Part shown: positions 1 through 12,247 of the stretch, piece after piece
Position numbering within the stretch: position 1 is the first letter of the stretch
Layout of the letters: every line of letters starts with the position of its first letter
From: Eledone cirrhosa
Lineage: Eukaryota
NCBI GenBank assembly: GCA_964016885.1
Contig: OZ024747.1
Coordinates: 60,388,001-60,452,000 of the forward strand
Reading direction: 5' to 3'
Length of the DNA stretch: 64,000 nucleotides
Position numbers and translations under genes: made by a program
The notes under the pieces: model-generated
What the model was told of the DNA's origin: nothing
What the model saw: the letters and a program-made list of their open reading frames with translations, nothing else
Databases searched by the model: none

Positions 1-260
1 ACAATTATAATAGAAGTAATTTACCATGGTGCCACATAGTAGGACTGATCTTGAAACCATGTTGTTCTGCAATGAATTCCTTAACTTTTTCAATGACCAC
101 ATTTCTAATGAAGTACACTCTATTTCAATTAATTATGGAAGAATTTTTAAGGATTTACTAAAATTATTATTTATTATATTACTAAGATAGAAACTTAGTG
201 TAATGTTCTCAAAATTATGTTTGAAGATTTCAATTTAAATTAGAAACCTTTAAAATATAT

Positions 261-565
261 GGTTTTATTTCCTAGAACCAGAGCCGGTTTTGGCTGGATT
301 GGTAACTAAAGTGTTAACATAGGTAGTTTTATTTCATAAAACAAGTGCTAGTTTTGGCCAGGTTTATAACTAAAGGGTAGTTAGTTTATTTCATATATCC
401 AGAGTTGATTTTGGACGGATTGATAAATAAATGGTTAAAAAAGGTGATTTTATTTCATAGAACCAGAGCTTGTTTTGGCTGGGTTGGTAAAGAGTTAAAA
501 TAGCTGGTTTTATTTCTCAGAATCAGAGCTGGTTTTGGCCAGATTAGTAACTAAAGGGTTAAAAA
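261..565 (+). repeat. ~60-bp degenerate tandem repeat (about 5 copies) of the right end of a TTAA-flanked MITE family
   Basis: Unit GGTTTTATTTCATAGAACCAGAGCTGGTTTTGGCCAGGTTGGTAACTAAAGGGTTAA recurs at ~261, 322, 383, 443 and 505. A single copy of the same terminus is at ~12365-12410. Confidence 0.75.
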
Positions 566-1129
566 ACATAGTCACGTCTGTGTTTAGAGTTGAAAGAAAA
601 CACAATCTGTATATCACTAAATTTTACATTCTCCTAGAATGACTTGTGTTGTATTTCATTTAATATTACTAGGATCTATGTAGTGCCTCACAAACTACAC
701 TTAATATCACATTATTTAATCACTCCTGTAAATGTCTTTCAATTTAAGTTAACCCTTTCATTTCTATAGCTTCTAATTGTTGTATAAATAGCAATTAACT
801 GTGAATTATCTGTTGGAACCAATTGACAAAGGTCTGATAGTTTAGTAACCAAAGCTGCTGCTGTTTGTAGTGACCATGTCTAACAATAATTACTGTAATT
901 ATACATTAGTTAACATGATTATAATGCATTGTGTTATGTGTGGTATATATTAAAGTAACTTGAGCCAAACTATTTTATAAATCGGGGAGGTGGGGCTGCA
1001 GATGCAATAACAAACAGTTGAATTTACTTCATTGTTTTTACTGCAAGAGAACCTAACATTTGCTGGATTAATAGGGGTTTGATCTTACTGCAATTCATTT
1101 AACATTGTATAAATACACACACACACATA

Positions 1130-1475
1130 TCATCATCATCACCGTTTAACATCCACTTTCCACGCTAGCCTGGATTAGACAGGTTGGATCAGGTGACAGT
1201 GTCTTGCTCATATGGAACTGTTCTGGCTAGATTTCTAGACCTGGATGCCCTTTCTAACACCAACCACATTTACATTGTCTGCTGGGTGTTTGTGTTGTGG
1301 CACATATATTGCCACTTTACTGTGTGTGCTGAGTGTTTCTGTTGTGACCCTTACACAACCACTTTACAGTGTGCACTGAGTGCTTTTTGTCATGACTCTT
1401 ACACAACCACTTTACAGTGTGCACTGGGTACTTTTTGTTGTGACACCTAAACGACCGCTTTACAGTGTGGGCTGT
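1130..1475 (-). mobile_element. Non-autonomous bipartite RTE-derived element (family C) with ~4 x 48-bp 5' monomers
   Basis: (CAT)n tail, then RTE 3'-end motif, then GGATGCCCTTTCTAACACCAACC (reverse complement of the RTE 5'-UTR motif at ~59695), then 48-bp repeats TTTACAGTGTGCACTG... Confidence 0.75.
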
Positions 1476-1677
1476 ATATATATATATATCAGTATATAGA
1501 GAGAAATACACAAAGATGTATGTATTTAATCAAAGGAGATAGAGAACCAATGGAAAAGCAGACATAAAAACGATGATGATGATCATATACATGTATCATC
1601 ATCTCATCAGCATTGTTGTTTTAACATCTGCTATCCCTGTTAGCAAGGGTATACATAGAGAGAGAGAGAGAGAGGGG

Positions 1678-1777
<100 letters not shown>

Positions 1778-3784
1778 TGCATAAAGAATTGTATTCATAT
1801 TATTATATCATTGGCCTCAATGTTTCAGCGATTTTTCAATTCACTATACAGCTTCTTTGACAAGTTTGGGAGGGATTTAGTAATATAACTAAATTTCTCA
1901 CTATTAATCTGGTGTTTGGAGCATAACTTAACAAAGGTTCTTCCATAAAATTATATTGGAAGTTTTTAGATAAATATAAACATTTTAAACACTTTAACCT
2001 AAACAGTTTTGTAAAAAAGAATCAAGTACAGTTTTAGGTGGTTTAGTATTAAAAATTTTGAAACCTAATGTTGTTATCATATAATCAAGTACTTTTTAGA
2101 TTTATCATTAGTTTGTTTGTTTTTTAGATATATAGACATTTCACTTTTTATTGAATAAATTTTGTGGTTGATAATATTTCATTAGCTACAAAATTTTCAG
2201 TGAATGTTTGAAGAGTGACAGTAGTAAATATTGATTATTTTTCCTCCTACACACATACCTCACTTTTAAGCATGAACACTTTGATAATATTCAATATTAA
2301 TCACTACAATTCATAGATGTACTAATATCAAATTTATATCAACTGTATGAATAACTAATCTCATCTAGTAGCTTGTTTATAATTCCAGTGTTATTGCATT
2401 TGTAAGCTGTTAGAATTTTTTTCTAATAAATATTCATTAAATTTTAATATGTTTCATGGTTTTGTATTCTGCTATGCTATCATTCAGATATTTTCATTGA
2501 GCTGTCTGATTCCTATAATTTCCAAACACAGATTCTCATTGCTATAATATATCTAACCATTACCAAATTACAGTTATGGAACAGCAATGATTCTAACATT
2601 ATATTATTTCCTAGTTATATAAAGTCTTTTATATTTTTTTTTTGTGTGGGTGGTTAAAGTTGTTAAGTATTTATCTTGTTTCTGTTTATAGTTTACCTTA
2701 ATCATTAAACTGTTTGTCATGAGTGTTAGATGCTAATTTTACCCTCATCAATGAACTTTCAAACCCCTCCCCCCCAAAAAAACAAAAAACAAAAAAAAAA
2801 AAGCATTCCCAGAATCTATTGTTTTAAATAAATTGTTGAATGAACGAATAGTTGAATGAATAAATAAATAAATAAATAACTAAATGAAATCAAGTGAAGA
2901 ATTCAAAATGGTGTACCAAAATCATGGCACTTTAAAATGCCAGAAATCAATAGCAGAATCATCTCGGATATGAATAAAACATAGCTACAAGCTAAAAATA
3001 TATTTACATTAATTTTTCACTGCATTCTGTTTTAAATTCTTGCCAAATATTGTCGAAAGAGAAGTAATCAGTAAAAGCACCACTACTATATTAGTAGGTT
3101 TAGTTTTGTGTTAGTATGGTAGAATAGAGTGGTAGGTGGGGGTTTTTTTCCTCCATTTTCTTTTTTTTCAACGGTAGCTGGTTTGTTGTATATACTTATG
3201 TAGCAATTATAATTTTACTGTGGCAGACTTTGTGTATGTTTTTGACATAATTTCCAATCAAAACAACTAGCTTTTTCACCTCTTTCTCTCCCCCTCATCT
3301 CTTATTTTTTTCAATGTTCTATTGGCTTTTTACAGGGTGGGACGCTTTAATCTATTTGCATTAAGATTTTTATCGATAAAATAGCTTTATGAATCTATAT
3401 CTGTGGCCTTTGATCTCTTTTAGAAATACAATAGCCCAGAAATAAATAACCAAAATATGACAATAAAAATATTTATGAAAATCAAAATAACAAAAAAGAG
3501 GTATAAAATGTGTTATTCATTATTAGATAGAGGAAAAATAATCACCTATCTTCTGGTGCCTCTGATGCCTTAACAGTTCTGATATTGGATATTTGAAGTA
3601 CTTTTATGAAGCATCAAAATACTATCTCAAATTTCTATAAATTTCATTTGTTTTATTATTATTATTATTTTTATTTTCTATTTTTTTTTTTTTTACTTTA
3701 TTTTTACTGTATTCTATTTTCTTTATTTTTTGTTTTTGCTGTTGTTGTTGTTTTTAAATTTCACCTTCAAAGAAAATTTACAAA

Positions 3785-4005
3785 ATAAAATAATTGCCTT
3801 CAATAGCAACAATAACAACAAAAACAACAAAAGCTGCTACAACAACAAGAATAACAGTTGCAACAACAACAAAAGCTACTACAACAACAATTACAACAAT
3901 AATAACAATTACAACAAAAGCTACAATTAAAGCTATAAAAACAACAAGAACTACAACAAAGGACAATAACAGCACCAACAACTACAACTACTACTACTAC
4001 TACTA
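3785..4005. repeat. (CAA/TAC)n low-complexity tract
   Basis: Visible trinucleotide repeats. Confidence 0.9.
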
Positions 4006-4119
4006 CAGTTTTGTTTCTAGTGATTTCTAATCCCTTTTTAATTAAATTTAAAAACATATGATAGCTTTCATTTTTAAATAAGTGTACTTAATTATTAGAC
4101 ATAATAGCAAACTAAATGT

Positions 4120-4530
4120 GGGTGGTGATGGTGGTGGTGGAGTGTTGGTGGTGGTGGAGGTGGCGGTGGGGTGGTGTTGATGTTGGTGGTGGTGGGGTGT
4201 TAGTGTGTTGGTGGTGTTGATGTTGGTGGTGGTGGGGTGTTAGTGTGTTGGTGGTGTTGATGTTGGTGGTGGTGGGGTGGTGTTGGTGGTGGTGGTGGGG
4301 TTTTAATGGTGGTGGGGGTGTTAGTGGTGTTGGCGGGGTGGTGTTGATGTTCGTGGTGGTGGGGTGTTAATGGTGGTGTTGGCGATGGGGGTGGGGTGGG
4401 GGGAGGTGATGGGGTGTGTTGATGTTGGTGGTGGTGGGGTGTTAGTGGTGGTGGGTGGTGCTACTGTTGGTGGTGGTGCTGCTTCTGTTGGTGCTGGTGT
4501 TAGTGGCATTGGTGGTTGGTGGTGGAGTGA
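4120..4530. repeat. (GGT)n-rich low-complexity tract
   Basis: Visible GGT repeats with ~39-bp duplications. Confidence 0.9.
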
Positions 4531-4605
4531 GGAACATTAGTTCCTAAGACCAATAATGGTAGGATGGTGGTGGTGTGAGGAACAAAGAGCATTACAGAGT
4601 ACATA

Positions 4606-4804
4606 CTGTATATACTCGAATATAATCCGAAGAATGTATGACCAAAAAATCAATGGTAAAATCTTGGGGTGTTTATGTCATCTACGCAACGTATTGATTA
4701 GCTGCCTTGGTTTATAAATGGGGTTTGGATTTTTGTTCAGTTCTCAGACATAAAATAGAGGAGCCAGCTTTTATTCATATTGGCATATATTCGAGTATAT
4801 ACGG
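4606..4804. mobile_element. Tc1/mariner/pogo-type MITE
   Basis: 19-bp TIRs CTGTATATACTCGAATATA / TATATTCGAGTATATACGG (1 mismatch), with TA on both sides. Confidence 0.8.
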
Positions 4805-4822
4805 TAGTTTTGATTCCTTAGA

Positions 4823-4983
4823 CAAGGGTTCCAAAACTTCTTCGAATGCGGAACCCTTTTAAAAACTTTTAGGGGAGCCCCAAAGTCTAATACTGTTATA
4901 TGGTTGTAATATAAATATACTCCTCTACCTTTTTTCATGGAACCCCAGGCACTCCTTTGCAGAACCCACTTTGGGAACCACTG
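4823..4983. mobile_element. hAT (Charlie-like) MITE
   Basis: Ends CAAGGGTTCCAAAA ... TTTGGGAACCACTG. Near-identical 8-mers CCTTAGAC / CCTTGGAC at the flanks suggest an 8-bp TSD. Confidence 0.6.
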
Positions 4984-5265
4984 CCTTGGACCAATGTTTC
5001 CAAAACTTATTTTGTTGAAGAAATCTTGTACTATTTACCAAAAGTTGCAGAACCCATGTCTGTATTTTACTGACAGTCAGTAATGCCCACCACCACCTTG
5101 ATCTTAATAAAACATTAAATGAAACATACATATTTTAGAAAGAGAGTTTCTTCTTTTTCATCATCATCATCAGCAGCATTGTGTTATGTATGTTTTCCAT
5201 GTGCTGGTATGAACCAGTCAGGTTGTCACATTCTGAAATTAGACAGATCAGATGACCACATTCTG

Positions 5266-5304
<39 letters not shown>

Positions 5305-5323
5305 GAGAGAATGATAGATAGAG

Positions 5324-5361
<38 letters not shown>

Positions 5362-5473
5362 GAGAAGAGTCAGGACCCTGATGGCTGACCTTTGGCTGTT
5401 TCAACAGATACTATCCTTAGTATTGAGTACTCTGGTGTATTATGGTCCACCTGGTTTCTTACCACACTTTCTT

Positions 5474-5513
<40 letters not shown>

Positions 5514-5843
5514 CTTTATTTAGCTATTGCTCGCACCAACCGGAGGTATATGATTTTTAATGCGATGAAATACCAATGAAGGTTGGAAAATCACTGACGA
5601 AGGACTATTTTTATCATATGTAACCTATGTGCAACCACGCAGTATTCTTTCTTTTCATGTTTTTTATATATATATATATATATATAAATATACATGGGTG
5701 TGTATGATTGTGTATAGAAGATTATATTAATAAAAGGAATTCCAACTTTGTCTGATTTACTCGTTTTATTTACAATCCTTTAACATGTATAATGGTATTA
5801 GAATAAAAATAGTATGGTAGAATATTAAATGTTAAGTGTTAAT

Positions 5844-5882
5844 TGATCAAGTACTTTCATGCTTTCGCAATCTTCAGGTTCA
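5844..5882 (-). ncRNA. Minimal type I hammerhead ribozyme motif (left arm)
   Basis: Reverse complement reads TGAAC-CTGAAGA-TTGC GAAA GCAT-GAAA-GTAC-TT-GATCA, with one mismatch in stem I. Confidence 0.62.
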
Positions 5883-5959
5883 TAATGTGTGGTGACAGTC
5901 AAGTTTGCAATTTTCAACTGTCAATTGAAAATTGCAAACTTGACTGTCACCACAGAATA

Positions 5960-5998
5960 TGAACCTGAAGATTGCGGAAGCATGAAAGTACTTGTTCA
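5960..5998 (+). ncRNA. Minimal type I hammerhead ribozyme motif
   Basis: TGAAC-CTGAAGA-TTGC GGAA GCAT-GAAA-GTAC-TT-GTTCA: stem I TGAAC/GTTCA, CUGANGA and GAAA core, palindromic stem III AGTACT, CUU cleavage triplet. Confidence 0.7.
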
Positions 5999-6115
5999 AT
6001 TAACACTTAACATTTAATATTCTACCATACTATTTCATTCTAATACCATTATACATGTTAAAGGATTGTAAATAAAACGAGTAAATCAGACAAAGTTGGA
6101 ATTCCTTTTATTAAT

Positions 6116-6435
6116 CATCATCATCATCATCATCATCATCAACGTTTAACGTCCGTGTTCCACGCTTGCATGGGTTTGGACGGGGGTAGTCCCACTTGAG
6201 GCAAGAGTGATTGTCTTGCTCGCATAGGACTGTCTGGCAGGTTTTCTACAGTTGGATGCCCTTCCTAACACCAACCACATTTACAGTGTGGGTCTGGGAG
6301 GTTTTTACCGTGTTGCCTACACGGCCACATTACAGCGTGGACTGTGTGTTTTTTTGTCGTGACACCTACACGATCTCATTTGTTTCGGCCTCGATGGCGC
6401 GGCACCAACATAACTTTACATAGAACGGGGTGGTG
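6116..6435 (-). mobile_element. Family C bipartite RTE-derived non-autonomous element
   Basis: (CAT)n tail and GGATGCCCTTCCTAACACCAACC. Closely similar to copies at 38120-38525 and 40990-41297. Confidence 0.8.
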
Positions 6436-6518
6436 TGGATGGGGTAGGGGTGGGGGTGGTGGGACGGGGTGTATTTTGTTAGGGATGCCTACTGGCTGGA
6501 GTAGGTTTTACTATATAT

Positions 6519-7740
6519 TTAGGTAAGGCGGGTCTTCTCTGTTACTGAGTACCGCCAAAGGTCTCGGTCCAGTGACATTGTCTTGGAGAGGTGTAAGTGT
6601 GTGATGTCGGAGTTTATCAGCTCGTCCCAGGTTTTTCTAGGTCTGCCTATTCCGTGACTACCGTCTATCTTTATTGCCCTGCACTTTGTTATACAGCTAT
6701 CGACTTTCATGCGCATCACGTGTCCATACCAACGTAGCCTTCTCTCGAGTAAACAACATCTGATCCCTCTTATCTCTAATTTTTTCCTTAGTTCGTTTAT
6801 GCTTTGCCGTTCACGTATATTACTGTTACACATCCAGCGGAGCATGCAAGCTTCGTTCCTCTCTAGTCTGCGTATATCCTCTGCACACAATGCCCAGGTC
6901 TCACTGCCATGCAGCATTGCTGTTCGTATGCAGGCATCGTACAACCTGCCTTTCATTTTTAGTGAGAACCCTTTAGCAGCTAATAGTGGTATAAGCTCTC
7001 TGAACTTTTTCCAACCAGTTCTGACTCTAGCTACAGTACTTTCAGAGCACCCTCCCCCACTGCTGATTTTATCGCCCAGGTAACGGAAGCTGTCCACTAT
7101 TTCTATAGAACCCTCTGCGCAATTGAAAGAGCTAGTAGCTTGTGGGCACTTGCTGCTACTTATTGCACCAGAGCACCGGCCACATGTAAAATCTATGTTC
7201 TTAGTTAGCTTACCTGTGATCCCACTACATCTTTTATGCACCCATACTTTGCATTTAGGACATAAAATGGAGTTTCTACCTACGCCTTTCCTACACACCG
7301 AGCACGACCATTTCCCAGAAGGGACCGCCCCCTTGTTTTCTTTCCTACAAACTAGTACTTTGGTCTTAGCCAGGTTAATTTTAAGTCCTTTTGACTCTAG
7401 GCCGTGCTTCCATGTTTGGAATTTCTTCTCTAGCTCGGCCATTGATTCCGCTATGAGTGTCAGGTCGTCTGCGTATAGGAGTTCCCATGGGCAGCCTGTC
7501 TTGAACTCCTCTGTTATAGCCTGAAGGGCAATAATAAATAGTAGTGGGCTGAGAACAGAGCCCTGATGGACGCCAACTTTTACGCTAAACTCTTCACTAT
7601 ATTCGTTGTTAATTCTAACCTTGCTGACTGTTTCTTTATACATGGCTTGTATAGCCCTCACAAGCCATTCGTCAACGCCTAGTTTTCTAAGAGCCCACCA
7701 GATAATGGAGCGGGGGACTCTGTCGAAGGCTTTCTCCAAT
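6519..7740 (-). mobile_element. RTE-clade LINE, 5'-truncated RT/C-terminal ORF fragment with internal PHD-type finger
   Basis: Open frame with LEKAFDRVPR, GVHQGSVLSPLLF, YADD, FRYLG, RRLRWYGHV and GRPRKTW. The ORF N-terminus (7741-7781) is microsatellite-derived. Confidence 0.93.
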
Positions 7741-7742
7741 AT

Positions 7743-7774
<32 letters not shown>

Positions 7775-8480
7775 TAGTCATTGTAGGGCTGAATCTTTGC
7801 CAACTTGCTAGACAGAAGCCTTTTGTGGATACAGTCTATGCTGTTTATGTATGTAGGAGCAACTGTTTATCATATATGTGAGCAGTATTCCAGTGTGCAT
7901 TACACTTTTGTTTAGTGAAGTGTTAGCAACTGACTCTCTCAAACAATGAAATATGTTCTGGTCCCTTAAGTTTTGTTAATGTTTTATGTGAGTTTCTCAT
8001 TGGAGATGAAATATTTATGGCACCTTTTCATGGTTTAGCTGAATGTTGTTCATGAGTAATGAGTATTTAGCGAATTGGTTTATTGGTTTAATCTTCTCCG
8101 GAAGATACCGCTGGTAACCAACCACTAATTCAATAAGAAAGAAGATATAGAGAGCTGCTCGTCAGAACGAGGCCGGCAGCGAATAAGAGAGTGAGAAACA
8201 CAAGTCTCATCTATTTATTATGCCTACGGGAAGTAACTCTAATTAATTCTCTTTTTTTTTACTCTAGGGGGTCACTACAAGTATTTGGTACTGCAAAACT
8301 ATCCCATTGATATGTTGTAAGGATTGTGTTTTGATTCAGTTGAAAGAGACTGGGTTATTATATCTTTAACTTTTAATGTCCTGTACAGCATGTAACCACA
8401 TTAGCAAAGATATTCTTCAAAATGTATAAAACAGATGATTAGTGCTTCACATTAAAACTTAACATTCTTCTCATGTGATG

Positions 8481-8945
8481 CTAAACTCTGCCAGTTGCAA
8501 ACTGCGCAGCAACATGAGATATTTTTCTCCACAAAGTTTGATCACCAACAGCACAGTTTAAAGAGCAAAGATCATGTCCAGTCCATAAGTTGACACACTC
8601 AAGCCATCGTTTTGGCTGCCAGCCTTTGCTTCTCTTACCAGCCAACCTTCCTGCTAGGCATAACCTACTCATACAACAAGTTGATCTTTTTATATGACCA
8701 TATAGTTTAAGTACTCTTGACTTGACAATTGATGTAATTGGTCTAAGGTTGGTAATGTTGAACAGCTCACTGATACAGATACAGTCGCTGAACTGCTTGC
8801 CAATCATAAGTCTCATGATGTGGTTCTGGAATGTAGAGAGCTTCTGAAGTGACCTTGTCATCCAATTAACACCTTCAAGATTGTATAACACAACTGGTAG
8901 GATGTAAGTATCAAAGATCTTAGCCTTCAAATGATAGGAAAACAT
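8481..8945 (-). mobile_element. Degenerate RTE-like LINE C-terminal fragment
   Basis: ILPVVLY, LKLYGHIKR and GKRSKG-QPKRW resemble the post-RT region of RTE-clade ORFs. Confidence 0.7.
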
Positions 8946-9360
8946 TCTTACTATAACACAAATTTACCCAATAATCTATCCACTAGTAAAGATACTACAA
9001 ACATTGGAATTGAGAAACCTATTTTAGAAATTTTCTTTTGAAACATCATAGGATATTAAGAGTTAGTGAAAGATATTTTAAAGGTCTCTGTTCATGCATG
9101 CTGCTAATACCTTGCATGAAATGTTTGATTTTCTTGTGAAAGATACCTGGGTACAGAGGAACAAGAAGGAATAAGCAATGATATCATCTGCATGGTAGTA
9201 GTGAATGATGAGAAGTCACAGAAAGTAGATCAATAAGCATAATCAAAAATGTATTACTTGCAATATATATATATATATATATAATCATCATCATTATCAT
9301 AGCGTTTACATCCGTTTTCCATGCTTACATGGGTTGGACAGGTCCTTTTCAGCATCCCCG

Positions 9361-9409
<49 letters not shown>

Positions 9410-9502
9410 GTGTGCGTTAGAAATTAGTAAATATATCAATCATTAGATGAAACGAAATATAGGGAAACAATAAAAACTGAAATGAAAACCCATGTAAATA
9501 AT

Positions 9503-9687
9503 TGTTTCTACTTTAGGCACAAGGCCAGCAATTACCCAGTGCATTACTGGTACTTTATTTTATCGACCCCGTAAGGATGAAAGGCAAAGTCAACCTCGGC
9601 AGGATTTGAACTCAGATCGTAAAGGGAGGTAACTATGCTGGAAAGCATGGCGTCCGACCCTCTACCGATACTGCCAATCCACCGCCC
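9503..9687 (-). mobile_element. tRNA-derived SINE family A with 18-bp TSD
   Basis: A/B boxes (TGGCAGTATCGG, GAGTTCAAATCC) and body GCCTTTCATCCTTACGGGGTCGATAAAATAAAGTACC. TSD AAAACCCATGTAAATAAT at 9485-9502 and 9688-9705. Confidence 0.9.
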
Positions 9688-10399
9688 AAAACCCATGTAA
9701 ATAATGAAGTCAATAGAATATTCCGATTTCAATATATTCTGTAGGGGGTTTCCTTCTTCATTTCCTCAACTTTTAAAATAAATGGAACCATCTGAACTTG
9801 TAATATCTAATTCAGCATCAATTTACCGAAGTTGATGATGCTACTTCCACTGTTCTCATGTGAAATAAATGTCCTTTTATTATATTTTGTAATATCATTC
9901 AATATAAATTGAAATATTTTCAAATCTATCAATGTAGTCTTCATTTCGTGACATTTTTCCCTTTTCCCCTTCCTCCATATCTTTTAGAATTAGTTTTGGT
10001 GTAAATTTGGTGTTCTTGATGTTGTTCTTGTTCCTACTTTATTTCCTGTGTGGTGATAATTGTGTGTTTAAAAGCTAGTGTTCTATCCTTTATAGTAGAG
10101 GAGGGTGGGGTAAAAAGAATGTTATATGAAATGAAATAGGTGTATACTTCTCTACAATCAAGAATGCTATGACCTACTTTGAACCACTCCACCCCTCCCC
10201 ATCTATAACAGCCATTTCACTTCATTTATATTGCTAAATTCCAATGAGACCTATATTGAAGATGAAGATATAGAGAATTTCTGAGAGTTTGTGAATGTAA
10301 GCTAGTTTCAGTTGCCTGTGTCAGCTATTTCACAGTACATACATCATTATTACTCTTGAGAAAAATGGGAAAAAAGGGAAAGGAGCTGATTGTCTGATC

Positions 10400-10660
10400 A
10401 GACCAATGAAAACAATGTTTCTGTTGGTCCTTCCCTTGTCGATTATAACTCCAGGCAGAATGAGTCAGGTGAAATAAAGAAGTTTTGCTCAAGATCACAA
10501 TGTATTGGATCGTCAAGTGTGCAATTTGTATAAATATGTAGAAAAAAAACAAATTTCTACAAATTCCATACTTGACAACCCAATAATATCCAATCTAGAA
10601 ATCAAACCTATGTACTTATGATTGTGAACCTAACACCCTAACCTCTAAGCCACGCACTTT
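10400..10660 (-). mobile_element. Degenerate SINE family B
   Basis: Reverse complement shows the GTGGCTTAGAGGTTAGGGTG head and CTTGAGCAAAACTTCTTTATTTCAC body. Confidence 0.6.
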
Positions 10661-11278
10661 CTCTTCAGAAAGGCATAAATATTACACCTTCATCATCATC
10701 ATTTGTTTTGTGTCTGCTTGCTTTCATCTAGGCATTAGTTGGACAAGAGATTTTGATGTATTTTATAGCTGGTTGCCAGTAGTGTAATTAGGGGGGTGGC
10801 TTGAGGGTCTGGTGCAAAATCAAGGACTGACCTGGGTAGCACCAAAGTTACAATGCTGTCAAACGGCCTTCATGATGCCAACTCATACATTGTTTTAAGT
10901 ATAGTATTTATTCCATTGATCTTCACCTATTGAACTGATAGGCTGCCTGACATATTGTTTATGTGAGAACACAAAACTAAGTGGTTGTGAAGCGAGCCAT
11001 GCTTGTAGCTAATCCCCTTTTGTCTTACTTCCCTTATATGAATGTGAGACTTTGTTTCTAGATTAAACTGCTCATTTCAAAATTATCATTTATCCTTATA
11101 TTAAGACCTTCCATCATAATTTTATTTCAGAAATATTTAAGTAATATTCTTACTAATGAAGAACTTGGTTATTTCATTAAATTCCTCCAATGAATTGAAC
11201 TGAAAGGGTTAAAGTGAAGTCAGTGTGTGTCTGCAGAAAATTTCAACTGTAACCATTACCATTACTTCAGCTACTACT

Positions 11279-11322
11279 ACCACTATAACCACTATGGCAC
11301 ATGCCATAGTGGTTATAGTGGT
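11279..11322. repeat. Perfect 21-bp inverted repeat with 2-nt spacer
   Basis: ACCACTATAACCACTATGGCA-CA-TGCCATAGTGGTTATAGTGGT. Confidence 0.9.
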
Positions 11323-11727
11323 CAGCTTATGATAATGTTGTAAGTTTCATTCCTACCACTACATGGCACTTAAATTCCAGTTAGTTGCATACATTAGGGC
11401 GAGATCTACAAACTACTTCATACAGGGATGGAAGCATTGGAATGGGTTTTTAGAACTTTCATTCTTTATCTCACTAATCCATTTTTAAAAAATAGATACT
11501 ACTAATTATTTGAAATGTTGGAATCTAAATGCAGAGATCACTATAAAGAAATAGCTTTAGAAAAAGTGACCAACAGTCATTATGGAGAATTGAACAAGGA
11601 TTTGAGAGACACAGAGTTCTCTGCAGTGGCTGTAGGGGTGTGTATACCCTTCATGCTTTTCATAGTGAGGTTTCAAATTTAAAAAAACAAAACATCTGTA
11701 GATATATGTTCATTACATTTATCTTAA

Positions 11728-11945
11728 GCCTTTAGCATTTCAACTGGCAATATCTGGCCAGAATGCTCTTGCCTATTTCTGTTCAAAGCAGCCATAACCG
11801 GCCGCTCATACTTATGTTAAGGTATTGTTCTCAAAATAAATATCAAAATCTCATAGATTCGGTATTATGTGAGATAATTAGGTGAGGTAAAGTTTTTATC
11901 TTGAAAATACAATAGTATATAGAGAGGAATGTAAATGCTAGCGGG
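11728..11945 (+). mobile_element. piggyBac-type MITE (degenerate copy)
   Basis: TTAA flanks, TIR (C)CCTTTAGCATTT. Homologous to copies at 28230, 45048 and 55015. Confidence 0.75.
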
Positions 11946-12029
11946 TTAAAGCTTTTGTGATCATATTTTTAATAGAATATAATCTATTTCAATTAATTAA
12001 TGAGAAATTTTGATTATTAATTATTTTGA

Positions 12030-12247
12030 GGGCAGTTGATTGGCAGTATCGGTAGAGGGTCAGACACCATGCTTTGCAGCATAGAGTTACGGCCCTTTAT
12101 GATCTGAGTTCAAATCCCACCGAGGTTAACTTTGCCTTTCATCCTTACGGGGTCGATAAAATAAAGTACCAATCACGCACTTGGGTCGATTTAATTGACT
12201 TTTCCCCTCCTCCCAAATTGCCGGCCTTGTGCCTATATAAGAAACCG
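12030..12247 (+). mobile_element. SINE family A with TSD
   Basis: Family A head and body, with TTATTAATTATTTTGA on both sides. Confidence 0.88.

Larger units (their letters stand above)
5726..6115. mobile_element. ~390-bp palindrome, probable inverted pseudo-LTR pair of a Penelope-like element
   Basis: Arms 5726-5917 and 5925-6115 are near-perfect reverse complements with a 7-nt loop. Each arm carries a hammerhead core. Confidence 0.75.

Noticed and set aside
5594-5610. Other partial hammerhead-like motifs (CTGACGAAGGAC at 5594; ~33112-33135 minus; ~47020-47050)
   Set aside because: The GAAA core and/or stems are missing, so they are too degenerate to call.
6709-7524. Plus-strand ORFs overlapping the RTE (also 57660-58598)
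   Set aside because: They are antisense shadows of the RT frame.
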